From positions 67,202 to 131,201 of the forward strand of contig JBIKWF010000002.1 in NCBI GenBank assembly GCA_044356455.1: a stretch of 64,000 nt of DNA, in the 5' to 3' direction. The first letter of the stretch is position 1; each line of letters starts with the position of its first letter. The DNA comes from Bdellovibrionota bacterium (GTDB taxonomy: Bacteria; Bdellovibrionota_C; UBA2361; JBGSMV01). The position numbers were made by a program, and so were the translations under genes. The notes beneath the pieces were generated by a model. That model searched no databases. It saw nothing but the letters and a program-made list of their open reading frames with translations, and was not told the origin of the DNA. Of the stretch, positions 10,004-19,246 are shown piece by piece.

Positions 10004-10195
10004 TTAGGGAACCTCTGAAAAACTAGCTCTCGGCATCCCCCCGACTCCGCCAAAGCTATGCCGCGGCCGCACTGAAGCCAGGATCGACGCAGGAGTAGGC
10101 GGCTCCGCGTTCATTGAAACGTATTGTATAGCGCCGAGGACGCGGGGTACGCGGAGAAAAAAAAACAATCTGGGGGTTTTTCAGAGGTTCTTTAG
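10004..10195. repeat. MITE-like element, copy 4
   Basis: Near-perfect TIR pair TTAGGGAACCTCTGAAAAA / TTTTTCAGAGGTTCTTTAG. The right TIR supplies the trxB stop codon. Confidence 0.75.
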
Positions 10196-11127
10196 CTACC
10201 CTGTGCCTCTAACCAGCGCTCAGCTTCAATCGCCGCCATGCACCCAGTCCCCGCCGCAGTAATTGCCTGACGGAACACGTGGTCCTGGACATCCCCACAG
10301 GCGAACACGCCCGGAATGTTGGTCGCTGCCGAGTTGGGCTTGGGAACTATGTAGCCATTCTCGTCCATCGTAATCTTGCCTGCGAACAGGCTTGAGTTCG
10401 GAGTGTGGCCAATCGCAACGAAAACGGCGTCGCAGGCTACTTGCTCTTCGGCCCCCGTATCCGAACGCTTCATGACCACATGCGTTATTCCCTTCTCCTT
10501 TGAGCCTTCAATCTTCTGCGGAATACGGTTGAGGACGAGCTCGATCTTCGGGTTCGCCCTGACGCGATCTTGCATGATCTTGGAGGCGCGCAACTGATCT
10601 CGGCGATGCACGAGCAGCACCTTACTTCCAAAACGAGTGAGGAAGTTTGCTTCTTCGCAAGCAGAGTCTCCTCCACCAATCACCATGATAACCTTGTTAC
10701 GGAAGAAAGCCCCGTCACAGGTCGCGCAGGTCGAAACTCCAAAGCCAAGAAGCTCTCGCTCCCCGGGGATCCCGATGTACTTTGGTGTTGCACCCGTCGC
10801 AATGATAAGCGTGTCGCAAGAGAGACTGACCTTGCCCGTCTTAAGCACAAAAGGCCTACGAGAAAGCTCAACTTCGGTCACCGTATCGACAAGAATGGTA
10901 GTTCCGAAGCGCTTTGCCTGCGCCTCCATATGCTGCATGAGGTCCGGGCCCATAACGCCCTCAGGAAAGCCAGGGAAGTTTTCAACCTCTGTGGTGGTAG
11001 TCAGCTGCCCACCAGGTAGAGGGCCATGTACGAGAAGCGGGCTTAAATTGGCTCGGCCCGTATAAATAGCCGCCGTAAGGCCCGCCGGACCCGAACCAAG
11101 AATGATGACTTTGTGGTGTTGTGTCAT
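10192..11127 (-). CDS. trxB: thioredoxin-disulfide reductase
   Basis: GSGPAG FAD motif, redox-active CATCDG, and an NADPH-binding segment. The start at [13 protein letters not shown] matches the E. coli TrxB N-terminus. Confidence 0.9.
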   Translation of the reverse strand: MTQHHKVIILGSGPAGLTAAIYTGRANLSPLLVHGPLPGGQLTTTTEVENFPGFPEGVMGPDLMQHMEAQAKRFGTTILVDTVTEVELSRRPFVLKTGKVSLSCDTLIIATGATPKYIGIPGERELLGFGVSTCATCDGAFFRNKVIMVIGGGDSACEEANFLTRFGSKVLLVHRRDQLRASKIMQDRVRANPKIELVLNRIPQKIEGSKEKGITHVVMKRSDTGAEEQVACDAVFVAIGHTPNSSLFAGKITMDENGYIVPKPNSAATNIPGVFACGDVQDHVFRQAITAAGTGCMAAIEAERWLEAQGS

Positions 11128-11283
11128 AGAAAGCCTTACAAACGGGTTCCTCCGGGAGCCTTCCCCCGCAACTCCTTGATCCAAGGGACGCTTCGTTCAA
11201 TTAGACTACACTTCCCTGGCGCCAAGGAGTAAACAAGGCATACCGCGAACATGCGGCACTTCCAAGATGAGGCTCCTTAACGC

Positions 11284-13155
11284 ATGAAGCAGCAACATAC
11301 TAGAATCAGTAAAGTTCTAATTGCAAACCGAGGCGAAATCGCCCTTCGCATCCAACGCGCCTGTCACAAACTTGGAATAAAAACGGTCTCGGTGGCCTCC
11401 GAAGCTGATAAGGAAAGCCTCTTTGCCCGAAGTGCGGATGAGCTTGTCATCATCGGCCCGGCCCCCGCCCGTGAATCCTATCTGAGAGCGGACAAACTTG
11501 TTGAAATTGCAAAAGAGCGCGGCTGTAACGCAGTACACCCCGGCTATGGATTTCTTTCCGAGAACGCTGAATTTGCCCAGCGAGTAGAGGATGCAGGCCT
11601 TATCTTCATAGGCCCAAGCCCCCAAAGTATCGCCGCGCTTGGAAGCAAGACTAAAGCTAAGGCCATCGCGGCCGCAGCCAAGGTGCCCTGTGCGCCAAGT
11701 AGTCCCGCCGGACTCTCAAATGAAGAGCTCCTTAACGCAGCCGATAAAATTGGCTACCCCGTTCTCGTAAAGGCTGTCGCGGGCGGCGGTGGGCGAGGCA
11801 TGCGAAACGCCTTTAATCGAGAGGAGCTTGCCGAGGCACTCCCAAGAGCACGCGGGGAGGCCCTTAAGTTTTTTGCCAATGAAGATATATACCTGGAAAA
11901 GCTCATCGACCGACCTAGGCACGTTGAAGTTCAGATCTTCGGAGACAAGCATGGCAATCTTGTTCATCTAGGAACTCGTGACTGCTCCACACAACGCAGG
12001 CACCAAAAACTCATCGAGGAGGCACCTGCCCCTCACTTATCCCCAGAGCTCCGCGCGAGAATTCACCAAGCGGCCTTAGCAGCAGCACGAGAATCTGGGT
12101 ACTACAATGCCGGCACCGTTGAGTTCTTAGTAAAAGACGGAGAATTCTTCTTTCTTGAAGTAAACACGAGAATCCAGGTCGAGCATCCCGTTACAGAAGC
12201 CATCACAGGGCTAGACCTGGTGGAGCTCCAGCTTAGAGTTGCTCAAGGAGAGAAGCTCCCCTTCACTCAGGATGAAGTTACGTTCACAGGGCATGCCATT
12301 GAATTTCGAATTTGCGCAGAAGACCCCGCCCAAGGGTTTAGGCCGGCGACAGGTAAAATTACCACGCTACGCTCCGCTAAATTCCCTTGGGTAAGGGAGG
12401 ACACGGGCTTCCTGGAAGGAGACAGCGTTTCATCACATTACGACTCCATGCTCTCCAAAGTAATCGTTCTTGGCGGCTCACGCGGCGACGCCATCGATAA
12501 AAGCCTAGAGTTTTTGAGTAGTTATATCATTCTAGGAGTGCCCTCCACAATTGCTTTGCATCTTTGGGCTCTATACAATGGGCTGTTCCGGTCTCGCCCC
12601 CTAGATATAGGCTACGTGGAGCGAGAATTTTCTGTTAAGAGTTTGTTAGGACTTCGCGCTGCTGAGGTTCGGGACCCGGAGTGGCGTCTGCCCTTAGGAA
12701 TATCCCTTGGAACAGCTTCCTGTGAAGCTGCTTCTCGTGAGTCTGATTCCCACAAGCCTTCCCAAAAGGAGGAGTGCTTACAAGGAACGACGAGAACCAA
12801 GGATTTGTTGCTTCCTAAGACGCAGAACCCGGGATCAGGTGAGCATCAGGCTGATAAGGCCTTAAATAGTCAGGGACCTTTAAGTCCCGGCTTATGTGAA
12901 CTCGATCCAATAGGAGCAACCGTGAAAGGAGCGAACGTGAAGAACGTATATCAATATCAGTCAGAGAAATTTAAGACTACTTATACCATTGAAATCCTTC
13001 ATAAGCGTGATGGATTCTTCGTGGCGGTCCCTGTTGATTCCTCCGGTCGCAGAGGAAAGAGCAACAACTGCCGCATGTCGAATGGACTTAATACGGTGAT
13101 GCATTCTCTTATCCACGACGTTCTTGAGAAGACGCCGCCTTCAGAAATATTCTAA
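11284..13155 (+). CDS. accC: biotin carboxylase (acetyl-CoA carboxylase subunit) with a ~170-aa non-canonical C-terminal extension
   Basis: ATP-grasp biotin carboxylase sequence through about residue 450 (KVLIANRGEIALRI..., EVNTRIQVEHPVTE). The remainder is low-complexity with no EAMKM biotinyl motif. Confidence 0.8.
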   Translation: MKQQHTRISKVLIANRGEIALRIQRACHKLGIKTVSVASEADKESLFARSADELVIIGPAPARESYLRADKLVEIAKERGCNAVHPGYGFLSENAEFAQRVEDAGLIFIGPSPQSIAALGSKTKAKAIAAAAKVPCAPSSPAGLSNEELLNAADKIGYPVLVKAVAGGGGRGMRNAFNREELAEALPRARGEALKFFANEDIYLEKLIDRPRHVEVQIFGDKHGNLVHLGTRDCSTQRRHQKLIEEAPAPHLSPELRARIHQAALAAARESGYYNAGTVEFLVKDGEFFFLEVNTRIQVEHPVTEAITGLDLVELQLRVAQGEKLPFTQDEVTFTGHAIEFRICAEDPAQGFRPATGKITTLRSAKFPWVREDTGFLEGDSVSSHYDSMLSKVIVLGGSRGDAIDKSLEFLSSYIILGVPSTIALHLWALYNGLFRSRPLDIGYVEREFSVKSLLGLRAAEVRDPEWRLPLGISLGTASCEAASRESDSHKPSQKEECLQGTTRTKDLLLPKTQNPGSGEHQADKALNSQGPLSPGLCELDPIGATVKGANVKNVYQYQSEKFKTTYTIEILHKRDGFFVAVPVDSSGRRGKSNNCRMSNGLNTVMHSLIHDVLEKTPPSEIF

Positions 13156-13236
13156 TCAGGAATATTCAAGCGAGTGTCGTTCTAACTCGCTAGAGCCTTC
13201 TTTAAGTGATGTAGCTCCTTGAATCAGAACTGTAAG

Positions 13237-13270
13237 AAAAAAAGGGCCCTTCGGGGTCCTTTTTTTTTAC
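13237..13270. terminator. rho-independent (bidirectional) terminator
   Basis: A7-AGGGCCC-TTCG-GGGTCCT-T9: a 7-bp GC-rich stem with a tetraloop, flanked by an A-tract and a T-tract, downstream of accC. Confidence 0.7.
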
Positions 13271-13455
13271 CTTTTGGCGGCACTGAAACAAGATCTTCCA
13301 GTTTCCTAGGACTTTATACGCTCAACTAGCAGAGTCCCAAACCCATAGGCCAATTAGCGAACAAGCGAGAACCGTCTCGCGATACCAAGTCTCTTTGCTC
13401 GGAGCGTCTCCCGGGAGGGGGAAAACGCTTTTTGCCGAGCATGTGAAGGCGGACT

Positions 13456-13980
13456 TTACTCGGCCTCAAAAACGACGAGATACTGAGCCCGAACAGCCGG
13501 CACGATGAGGCAGATCGGCTCTTCGAGGCTTAGGGGCTTGGACCCGCAGGCGTACTCGTGAACCAGCATCAAAGCATGGCCCTCATTGACGCCTAGAATC
13601 TCACCCATCACGCTCAGACACCCGATTTGCCCCTTGTAGGAAGGCAGCTCGGTCCAGTCCGGAAGCGCCGAATTGTCCCTGTCGAAGGGGAATGTGAAGG
13701 CAACATCGTCCATGACATCCCTCCCCTCCGGCAGGAGAACCTTGAGCGTTCCACGCTGTCGAATCATGTCGACCGCGAACTTCTCAGCCCCATCAAGAGG
13801 CTGAGCGTTCCCGCCGAGCACCTTCTGGCGCGCCTCTCCGAAGAGCGCCTCGAAAACGCATGCCATGTACGGCGCCATCTGCAAACCAGTTGTAGACTCC
13901 AAAGTGGATCCTTTCCGCTTACCAAAGTCAGCATCACCTAGAGCCGCAGCGCTGCGGCAAATAACCAGACTTGCTGACAT
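13456..13980 (-). CDS. hypothetical protein
   Basis: 174-aa ORF. No motif recognised. Confidence 0.4.
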   Translation of the reverse strand: MSASLVICRSAAALGDADFGKRKGSTLESTTGLQMAPYMACVFEALFGEARQKVLGGNAQPLDGAEKFAVDMIRQRGTLKVLLPEGRDVMDDVAFTFPFDRDNSALPDWTELPSYKGQIGCLSVMGEILGVNEGHALMLVHEYACGSKPLSLEEPICLIVPAVRAQYLVVFEAE

Positions 13981-14369
13981 TTCAGCGCCTCAGTAAGGCA
14001 CTCAAGTTGTCAGCAAGAAACCTTAAAACTCCCGGGAGTGCTCCGGGAGAGACACCTGTCTCTCCACAAGCCTCCAAGGCCCTGCTTCTACTCACAAATT
14101 TTTTTGAGGTCTCCGAAAGGCTCCCAAAAAGGAGCGCTTAAGGGACAATGGTTATGGGCAACTCTGCAAGTTGGTAGCTTTAGATTTTGCGATTCTTCCG
14201 TCTCTATTAGTCCCGTCTCTCTTAGTCTCAGAGAACTTGCGCGAAGAGTTGTAAAAAAGATGCCCGCAAAGCAGATAAGAAACCCAGCAATTCCAGAGGC
14301 CTAGAATATTATCTTGCGCTCGCACAGGCAAGCTCGGCTGCCCCTATTCGAACTTAAAAGACGAGTTCT

Positions 14370-15143
14370 TCACCGCCCCTTCCCAAGGTACGGAGCAAAG
14401 TAAGGTGGTGTCGGTGCTTCAAACGCGCCAACTCCGGCAATCTTCAAACTTGCCGCATGAAGAGCAAATGGCGGAATTCCCTCGCCCGGATTCAGCAAGT
14501 TTCCCTTGGAACCATAGAGAGCGTCTCCTAAAAGTGGGTGTCCCAAAGCTGCGGCATGGACGCGGACCTGATGCCGCCTGCCGGTTGAGGCTTCGACTTC
14601 GGCAAGAGTCCACGCGCCATGCGGGTCGCGAACCAAGGAGGTAAAATGAGATTCGGCCGGCTGGGCCCTCTCGCGTCCAGCCTGCTTCTTTCCAGCCACA
14701 TAGGCTCGCACCTTACTTGCTCTTCGGTAGGGGGAGCCTATGGGCGCATCAATTGAAATCTGTGATTCAAGGCGCCCTTCGAGGACAACAAGATACCTCT
14801 TCTCAGCAAGACCCTGCTTGAAGGCCTCGCGAATTCTGTTCCAAGTTTCCTTATTTTTTGCCCCTACCAGAACTCCACTTGTTTCAAAATCTAAGCGCTG
14901 CACCAGACCGGCATCCCCAGTCTGAGGAGCCACGCCGCCAAGCTCAGGCAATCCGGCAAGAAGCAATCCAGCAACGGACTTGGAGTCTGCTTCTCCGCCC
15001 TCGTCCTCGTCCTGCGCAACGTCTCCCAAACGAGGAAGCTCCACGCTATGAATCAATGCGGGCTTGATGATGGCAAAGAGGTTCGCATCTTCATGGAGCA
15101 CCACAAGTCCATGAATGGGAGCGGTTTCTTTGAGATTTTGCAT
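14370..15143 (-). CDS. RluA-family pseudouridine synthase
   Basis: Catalytic VQRLDFETSGVLVGAKN (RLD..TSG) motif and a C-terminal HQVRVH motif. Confidence 0.8.
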   Translation of the reverse strand: MQNLKETAPIHGLVVLHEDANLFAIIKPALIHSVELPRLGDVAQDEDEGGEADSKSVAGLLLAGLPELGGVAPQTGDAGLVQRLDFETSGVLVGAKNKETWNRIREAFKQGLAEKRYLVVLEGRLESQISIDAPIGSPYRRASKVRAYVAGKKQAGRERAQPAESHFTSLVRDPHGAWTLAEVEASTGRRHQVRVHAAALGHPLLGDALYGSKGNLLNPGEGIPPFALHAASLKIAGVGAFEAPTPPYFAPYLGKGR

Positions 15144-15752
15144 TTAGTGAATCGTAATTTCCGAGCCATCATTCACAGCGCGGCTTTGAGTTCGCAAGGC
15201 AACGAAAGTAATCTTGATCTGCGACTCCAGAGTTTTGCGATTAGTGGTCAGGCGGTCTGCAATTTCGAGCAGCTTCTTATCATACTCTTCAAAAGCCCAG
15301 CGCGGCACCTGACGCTTTCTAGATTTCTTTAGAGTCTCCCTCGCATTTGCGGCTTCGAAAAATGCACGCATCAGATCGCACCGTGATTCGACAAGATCCT
15401 CCAGTATCGCAGCGTTAGAAACTGACCTATCAAGACCTTCGGCAACCGAAAGAAGACGCGTGAGAACTGATAAGTTGTGCCCGAGAGACTTCTCGATTAA
15501 CTGCTCGTTGGTACGAACTTGTTCAAAGTAAAAAGCCCCCTCGAGCGCTGCAAGGGCCGAAGACCAATCCTTAAGCTCAAGGAGCTTATCGGCACTCCTT
15601 AGATCCTGCTCTTTGCGCCGAAAGCGCGCAGTCTCACCCCAGCCCCGTGTATTACCGGCAAGGGCGGTGAATAAAACCCAAATAAGATAGCCTACGATAG
15701 AGGCCCCAAGGGCCAAAAAAACAATCGCAGGGACAACAAGACTTAAATCCAT
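15144..15752 (-). CDS. membrane-anchored hypothetical protein
   Basis: N-terminal TM helix, then a predicted helical domain. Lies directly upstream of the rluA-family gene on the same strand. Confidence 0.45.
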   Translation of the reverse strand: MDLSLVVPAIVFLALGASIVGYLIWVLFTALAGNTRGWGETARFRRKEQDLRSADKLLELKDWSSALAALEGAFYFEQVRTNEQLIEKSLGHNLSVLTRLLSVAEGLDRSVSNAAILEDLVESRCDLMRAFFEAANARETLKKSRKRQVPRWAFEEYDKKLLEIADRLTTNRKTLESQIKITFVALRTQSRAVNDGSEITIH

Positions 15753-15860
15753 TACTATTATTGTACCTCGTGAAGCCGCTCTGTTCCAGGGGAGCTTCTA
15801 AATCTGTTATGAGATACCTGGTGCCAGGGGTGGTATTAGAGTCTCCGGGAGACATTTAAG

Positions 15861-16430
15861 ATGAAAAGCTCGATTCGAACGATTCTAGAGGAGGCCTCCA
15901 GAGTAAAAGCAGCGGCTTGCGCCGACGAGGCCCTGCTCGACGGGGTTGGCAAGGCCGCCTCGCTTTTCTGCAATACCGCCAGAAGCGGCAAGGCTATCTA
16001 CGCCTGTGGAAACGGTGGTTCGACCTGCGATGCGATGCACCTGGTTGAAGAGCTCGTCGCGCGCTTTAAGCGAGAGCGACCTGGCATCCGCGCTATGCAC
16101 TTTATGGACCCAGCCGTACTTACCTGCTGGTCAAACGACTATGACTTTGAGTCCGCCTTCGAACGCCAGGCTCGAACCTTTTGTCAGCCCGGAGACCTGC
16201 TCTTTGGATTTAGCACCTCCGGGAACTCCAAGAACGTCGTGCGCGCGCTCAAGGCTGGCCGAGAGCTCGGGGCAACAACAATTGCCCTTACAGGAGAGAG
16301 CGGGGGAACACTTAACGAAGTCGCCAATCTCTGCTTAAAGGTTCCGTCTAAAGTGACTGAGCGAATTCAAGAGGTGCATATCACGATTGTGCATGCACTC
16401 ATCGAGGCGGTAGAGGCTGAACTGTTTTAA
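15861..16430 (+). CDS. gmhA: SIS-domain sedoheptulose-7-phosphate isomerase (GmhA/DiaA family)
   Basis: SIS domain motifs (NGGSTCDAMH, GFSTSGNS) and about 190 aa, typical of GmhA. Confidence 0.75.
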   Translation: MKSSIRTILEEASRVKAAACADEALLDGVGKAASLFCNTARSGKAIYACGNGGSTCDAMHLVEELVARFKRERPGIRAMHFMDPAVLTCWSNDYDFESAFERQARTFCQPGDLLFGFSTSGNSKNVVRALKAGRELGATTIALTGESGGTLNEVANLCLKVPSKVTERIQEVHITIVHALIEAVEAELF

Positions 16431-16568
16431 GACGAGAACAGAATTGTGACCATTCCTGCGCGGTGCTCGACTTCGCACACGCATCGCCTATTGATTCGAA
16501 GAATGCATTGCCAAGCGAGAGAAAGAACCACATAAAGCAGCTATCGATTATTCGGAGAAATAAGCAGA

Positions 16569-17162
16569 ATGAGCGGGAGGATCCAGCACTTCGGGCTACC
16601 CCTGAAACACCCCCTGAATACTCACCAATCGCCAACTGGAGAAAGTTTTAAAGGTAACGGGGGAAACAAACCATCCTGTTTGGGACTTCTCGTCACAATG
16701 GTCCTACTAGTAACAATGTTGCCTACCTTACACGCGCTTCCAGTTGGAAGAAATAAGCCTATGAGCACAATTACGCTCGAGAACCTGCAAGCGCCCAAGG
16801 CGACTATACTTTTGGTAACTGAACTCATCGCTTTGGGACGCACGCGCCTGGGCCCAGAAGGCGCCGGGCCATTCTTGCCTGGCCAAGATTTCTTAAAAGC
16901 AAAGGACATAGTTCAGAACGCGAGTACCGAGCTGGTAGAGCAACTACTCCTTCTCGACAACCCCCACGCAAGAGCAAACATAGCTCGTGCAGTTGCAGCC
17001 ATCAGACCGCAGGAAATCCACCTCGTTAAAGTTCTCCTCGACGACAAAGCGATGATTCGAATTCAAGGCACTAACGACATTCCGCCCAACCCCGATCGAG
17101 AGATAGAACTCCGAGCGTTCGTGGAAGATCTACTGAAGAACCATGCGAGGAGCATGCCCTGA
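16569..17162 (+). CDS. hypothetical secreted protein
   Basis: ORF with an internal hydrophobic signal-like segment. Convergent with the CDPS gene. Confidence 0.35.
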   Translation: MSGRIQHFGLPLKHPLNTHQSPTGESFKGNGGNKPSCLGLLVTMVLLVTMLPTLHALPVGRNKPMSTITLENLQAPKATILLVTELIALGRTRLGPEGAGPFLPGQDFLKAKDIVQNASTELVEQLLLLDNPHARANIARAVAAIRPQEIHLVKVLLDDKAMIRIQGTNDIPPNPDREIELRAFVEDLLKNHARSMP

Positions 17163-17174
17163 CCCCTTCCCTAC

Positions 17175-17942
17175 TCACCCACCGGCAACGGCGGCAAGAA
17201 TAAACCCGACGTCTGCACGCCGCTGTCCGTCAAAGGCGCCCTCTATAAAATTCTCAAATACCGGCCATCGCCGGTGATACACATATGCTGCCCGGGGAAC
17301 TCTCAGAAGCTGCGGACAGGCCTCGAGAAACGCTAACTCTTCGAGCAAGTACTGAGCCCCTCTTTCAATTCCAGCCTCCGCAAGAGTGTTCCTCGGTAAA
17401 CGCCCCTCAAGAACGCCTCGAGTCGCCTCCTGAACAGACCTTTTAAACTCAGGACTTCGCTCGTAGAGCTCTGCAATTTTTTGCTGCGCCTCAGCATAAT
17501 CAGTCGCACTTATCACGTGAGTGTCCCATTCAACAAACTCAAGCTTCACCCCATGAGCCTGCGCTACACGCTCGCAGCGGTGACGCAAATTGTTGCCTTT
17601 AAGTCGCGCTTTTGCGGCGGCTTGTGCCTCGGAATAGCCAAGCGCCGCAAAAGTATGGCGAGCAGAGGCCGCAGGGATAAAAACGACTACCCGCGAAAAA
17701 TGCTCAGCACAGCCCTTGAGGAGCAGCGCAATCGTATCTTCTCTAAAATAGGTATTCCCTGGACTCATCCCAACAATACAAGTCCCTCGCTCAGAGATGA
17801 CTTGCCGCCCCGTGGCAAAGCAATGTTCGTGCCCCTCTGCCGAGAAAAAAACTCCACGAGGGGGCGTCAGAGGAAATTGAAGACCTTGCACCGCGCCTGA
17901 AAGCGACACTGCGGGATTAGGACTTTCAGGGACGGGTTCCAT
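17175..17942 (-). CDS. cyclodipeptide synthase (tRNA-dependent, AlbC-like)
   Basis: 255 aa. IVGMSPGNTYF matches the AlbC substrate-pocket motif (Gly35/Ser37 context). QYLLEE matches Y178/E182 and VYH matches Y202. Collinear similarity to AlbC as I recall its sequence. Confidence 0.75.
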   Translation of the reverse strand: MEPVPESPNPAVSLSGAVQGLQFPLTPPRGVFFSAEGHEHCFATGRQVISERGTCIVGMSPGNTYFREDTIALLLKGCAEHFSRVVVFIPAASARHTFAALGYSEAQAAAKARLKGNNLRHRCERVAQAHGVKLEFVEWDTHVISATDYAEAQQKIAELYERSPEFKRSVQEATRGVLEGRLPRNTLAEAGIERGAQYLLEELAFLEACPQLLRVPRAAYVYHRRWPVFENFIEGAFDGQRRADVGFILAAVAGG

Positions 17943-17979
17943 ACTGCCTCCACGGAAGGGATTTCATCTCCTCCGTAGT

Positions 17980-18016
17980 TGGCGATATGCTATAATCCTA
18001 AGCAAAATATACGCGT
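17980..18016 (+). promoter_or_regulatory. candidate extended -10 promoter (TGcTATAAT) plus 10-bp palindrome ATACGCGTAT upstream of the Lrp gene
   Basis: TGCTATAAT at about 17982-17990 and a perfect palindrome ATACGCGTAT at about 18005-18014, within the divergent CDPS/Lrp intergenic region. Confidence 0.35.
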
Positions 18017-18030
18017 ATTGATTATACTTT

Positions 18031-19074
18031 ATGACTTTTAATAATCACTTAGCGACTGTCGAGAAGAAGGATAAGCAGATACTCGAGATTCTTGCGCAGA
18101 ACTGCCGCATCCCGCACACCACGCTTGGCGCAGCCCTTGGCGTCTCAAAAGACACTATCGAATACCGCATCCAGCGGCTCGAGCGCGAAGAACTCCTCAA
18201 GCAATTCGTCCTCTTCATTGACGCCCGAAAGCTTGGGCTTACTCGCTACCATCTGCTTCTTTCTTTTGAAGCACCGGTAGGAGATCTCACCGTCGTTTGC
18301 AATCAATTCGCCGCCCATCCCTTTGTGATGTGGGTGAACAGTTTTATTGGACGGTATGATGTTCAAATAATTGTTGATGCGCGAAACGGCTTTCATCTCA
18401 ACGAAATCAAGAGTGAACTTTTTGCAAAAACTGCTCTTAAGATTCGAGACTACCGCATCTTAACCCACCTGTCGGACCTTGAGTTCACTCAACTTAATCC
18501 TATCCTTGATTTAAAGACTGCCTTTGAAAGAAAGGCCGATCACTCTTTCAGTGATATGCTCACGAACAAGCGCTTTCCTGTCTCTGAAACTTTTGAGCTC
18601 TGCCCACTCGCGAAGGGTGATTCGCAGATTCTCAAAGCCCTCGCTGATAATCCGCGCATGAGCATTTCCGATATTTCAGACGCTGCGGGACTCGACAGAG
18701 TTACGACGCGGCGCCACATTCTAAGCCTTATCAAGAAGGGAATAATCTTGAACTTTGGGGGCATACCCAATCTTTCTCGACTAGGATTTGTAACTTATTA
18801 CCTCCTGGTAAGAGTGTCTCAGGACACGCCTCTTAGGATACTCAAACGCCCCTTTGAGAAACTCCGGAACATCTTCTATGCAGGCCGCATGCTCGGGGAC
18901 TACGACATGATTCTGTACCTTAATGCGAGAACTCCCGAGGAACTCTACCAGAGCATCTCTCTCTACAAGAATGAGCTGAAGTCTCACATCGTTCACTATG
19001 ATCTTCTTATTCAGGACAAAGTGCACCACTGGAGGCAATTCACTCCGGGCATTTTCCAGAGTTTCGCGAGCTAA
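18031..19074 (+). CDS. tandem-duplicated Lrp/AsnC-family transcriptional regulator
   Basis: Two successive AsnC-type HTH segments (KQILEILAQNCRIPHTTLGAALGVS... and SQILKALADNPRMSISDISDAAGL...), each followed by a RAM-like domain. Confidence 0.75.
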   Translation: MTFNNHLATVEKKDKQILEILAQNCRIPHTTLGAALGVSKDTIEYRIQRLEREELLKQFVLFIDARKLGLTRYHLLLSFEAPVGDLTVVCNQFAAHPFVMWVNSFIGRYDVQIIVDARNGFHLNEIKSELFAKTALKIRDYRILTHLSDLEFTQLNPILDLKTAFERKADHSFSDMLTNKRFPVSETFELCPLAKGDSQILKALADNPRMSISDISDAAGLDRVTTRRHILSLIKKGIILNFGGIPNLSRLGFVTYYLLVRVSQDTPLRILKRPFEKLRNIFYAGRMLGDYDMILYLNARTPEELYQSISLYKNELKSHIVHYDLLIQDKVHHWRQFTPGIFQSFAS

Positions 19075-19207
19075 GAAAACTCTGAAAAAGTCTGCTCTGT
19101 GAACTCGGTGCCCTCTGTGGTTGATCTAACTTATTAAAAAACCACAGAGGACACAGAGATCACAGAGAGAAAGAATAAGATGACGAGGTCTTTGAGAGGT
19201 GCCTAAG
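19071..19207. repeat. MITE-like element, copy 5
   Basis: TIRs CTAAGAAAACTCTGAAAAA and TCTTTGAGAGGTGCCTAAG, with interior palindrome ccctctgtggtt.../...aaccacagaggaca. The left TIR supplies the TAA stop of the Lrp gene. Confidence 0.7.
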
Positions 19208-19246
19208 AACTTAGAAATCAGCGGAGCTGGCGCTCTTGGAGGCTCC

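Noticed and set aside
13981-14369. 389-bp intergenic region with a ctcccgggagtgctccgggag palindrome
   Set aside because: It is a short perfect hairpin, but no flanking T-tract, RNA-family resemblance or coding potential was found. It was left unannotated.
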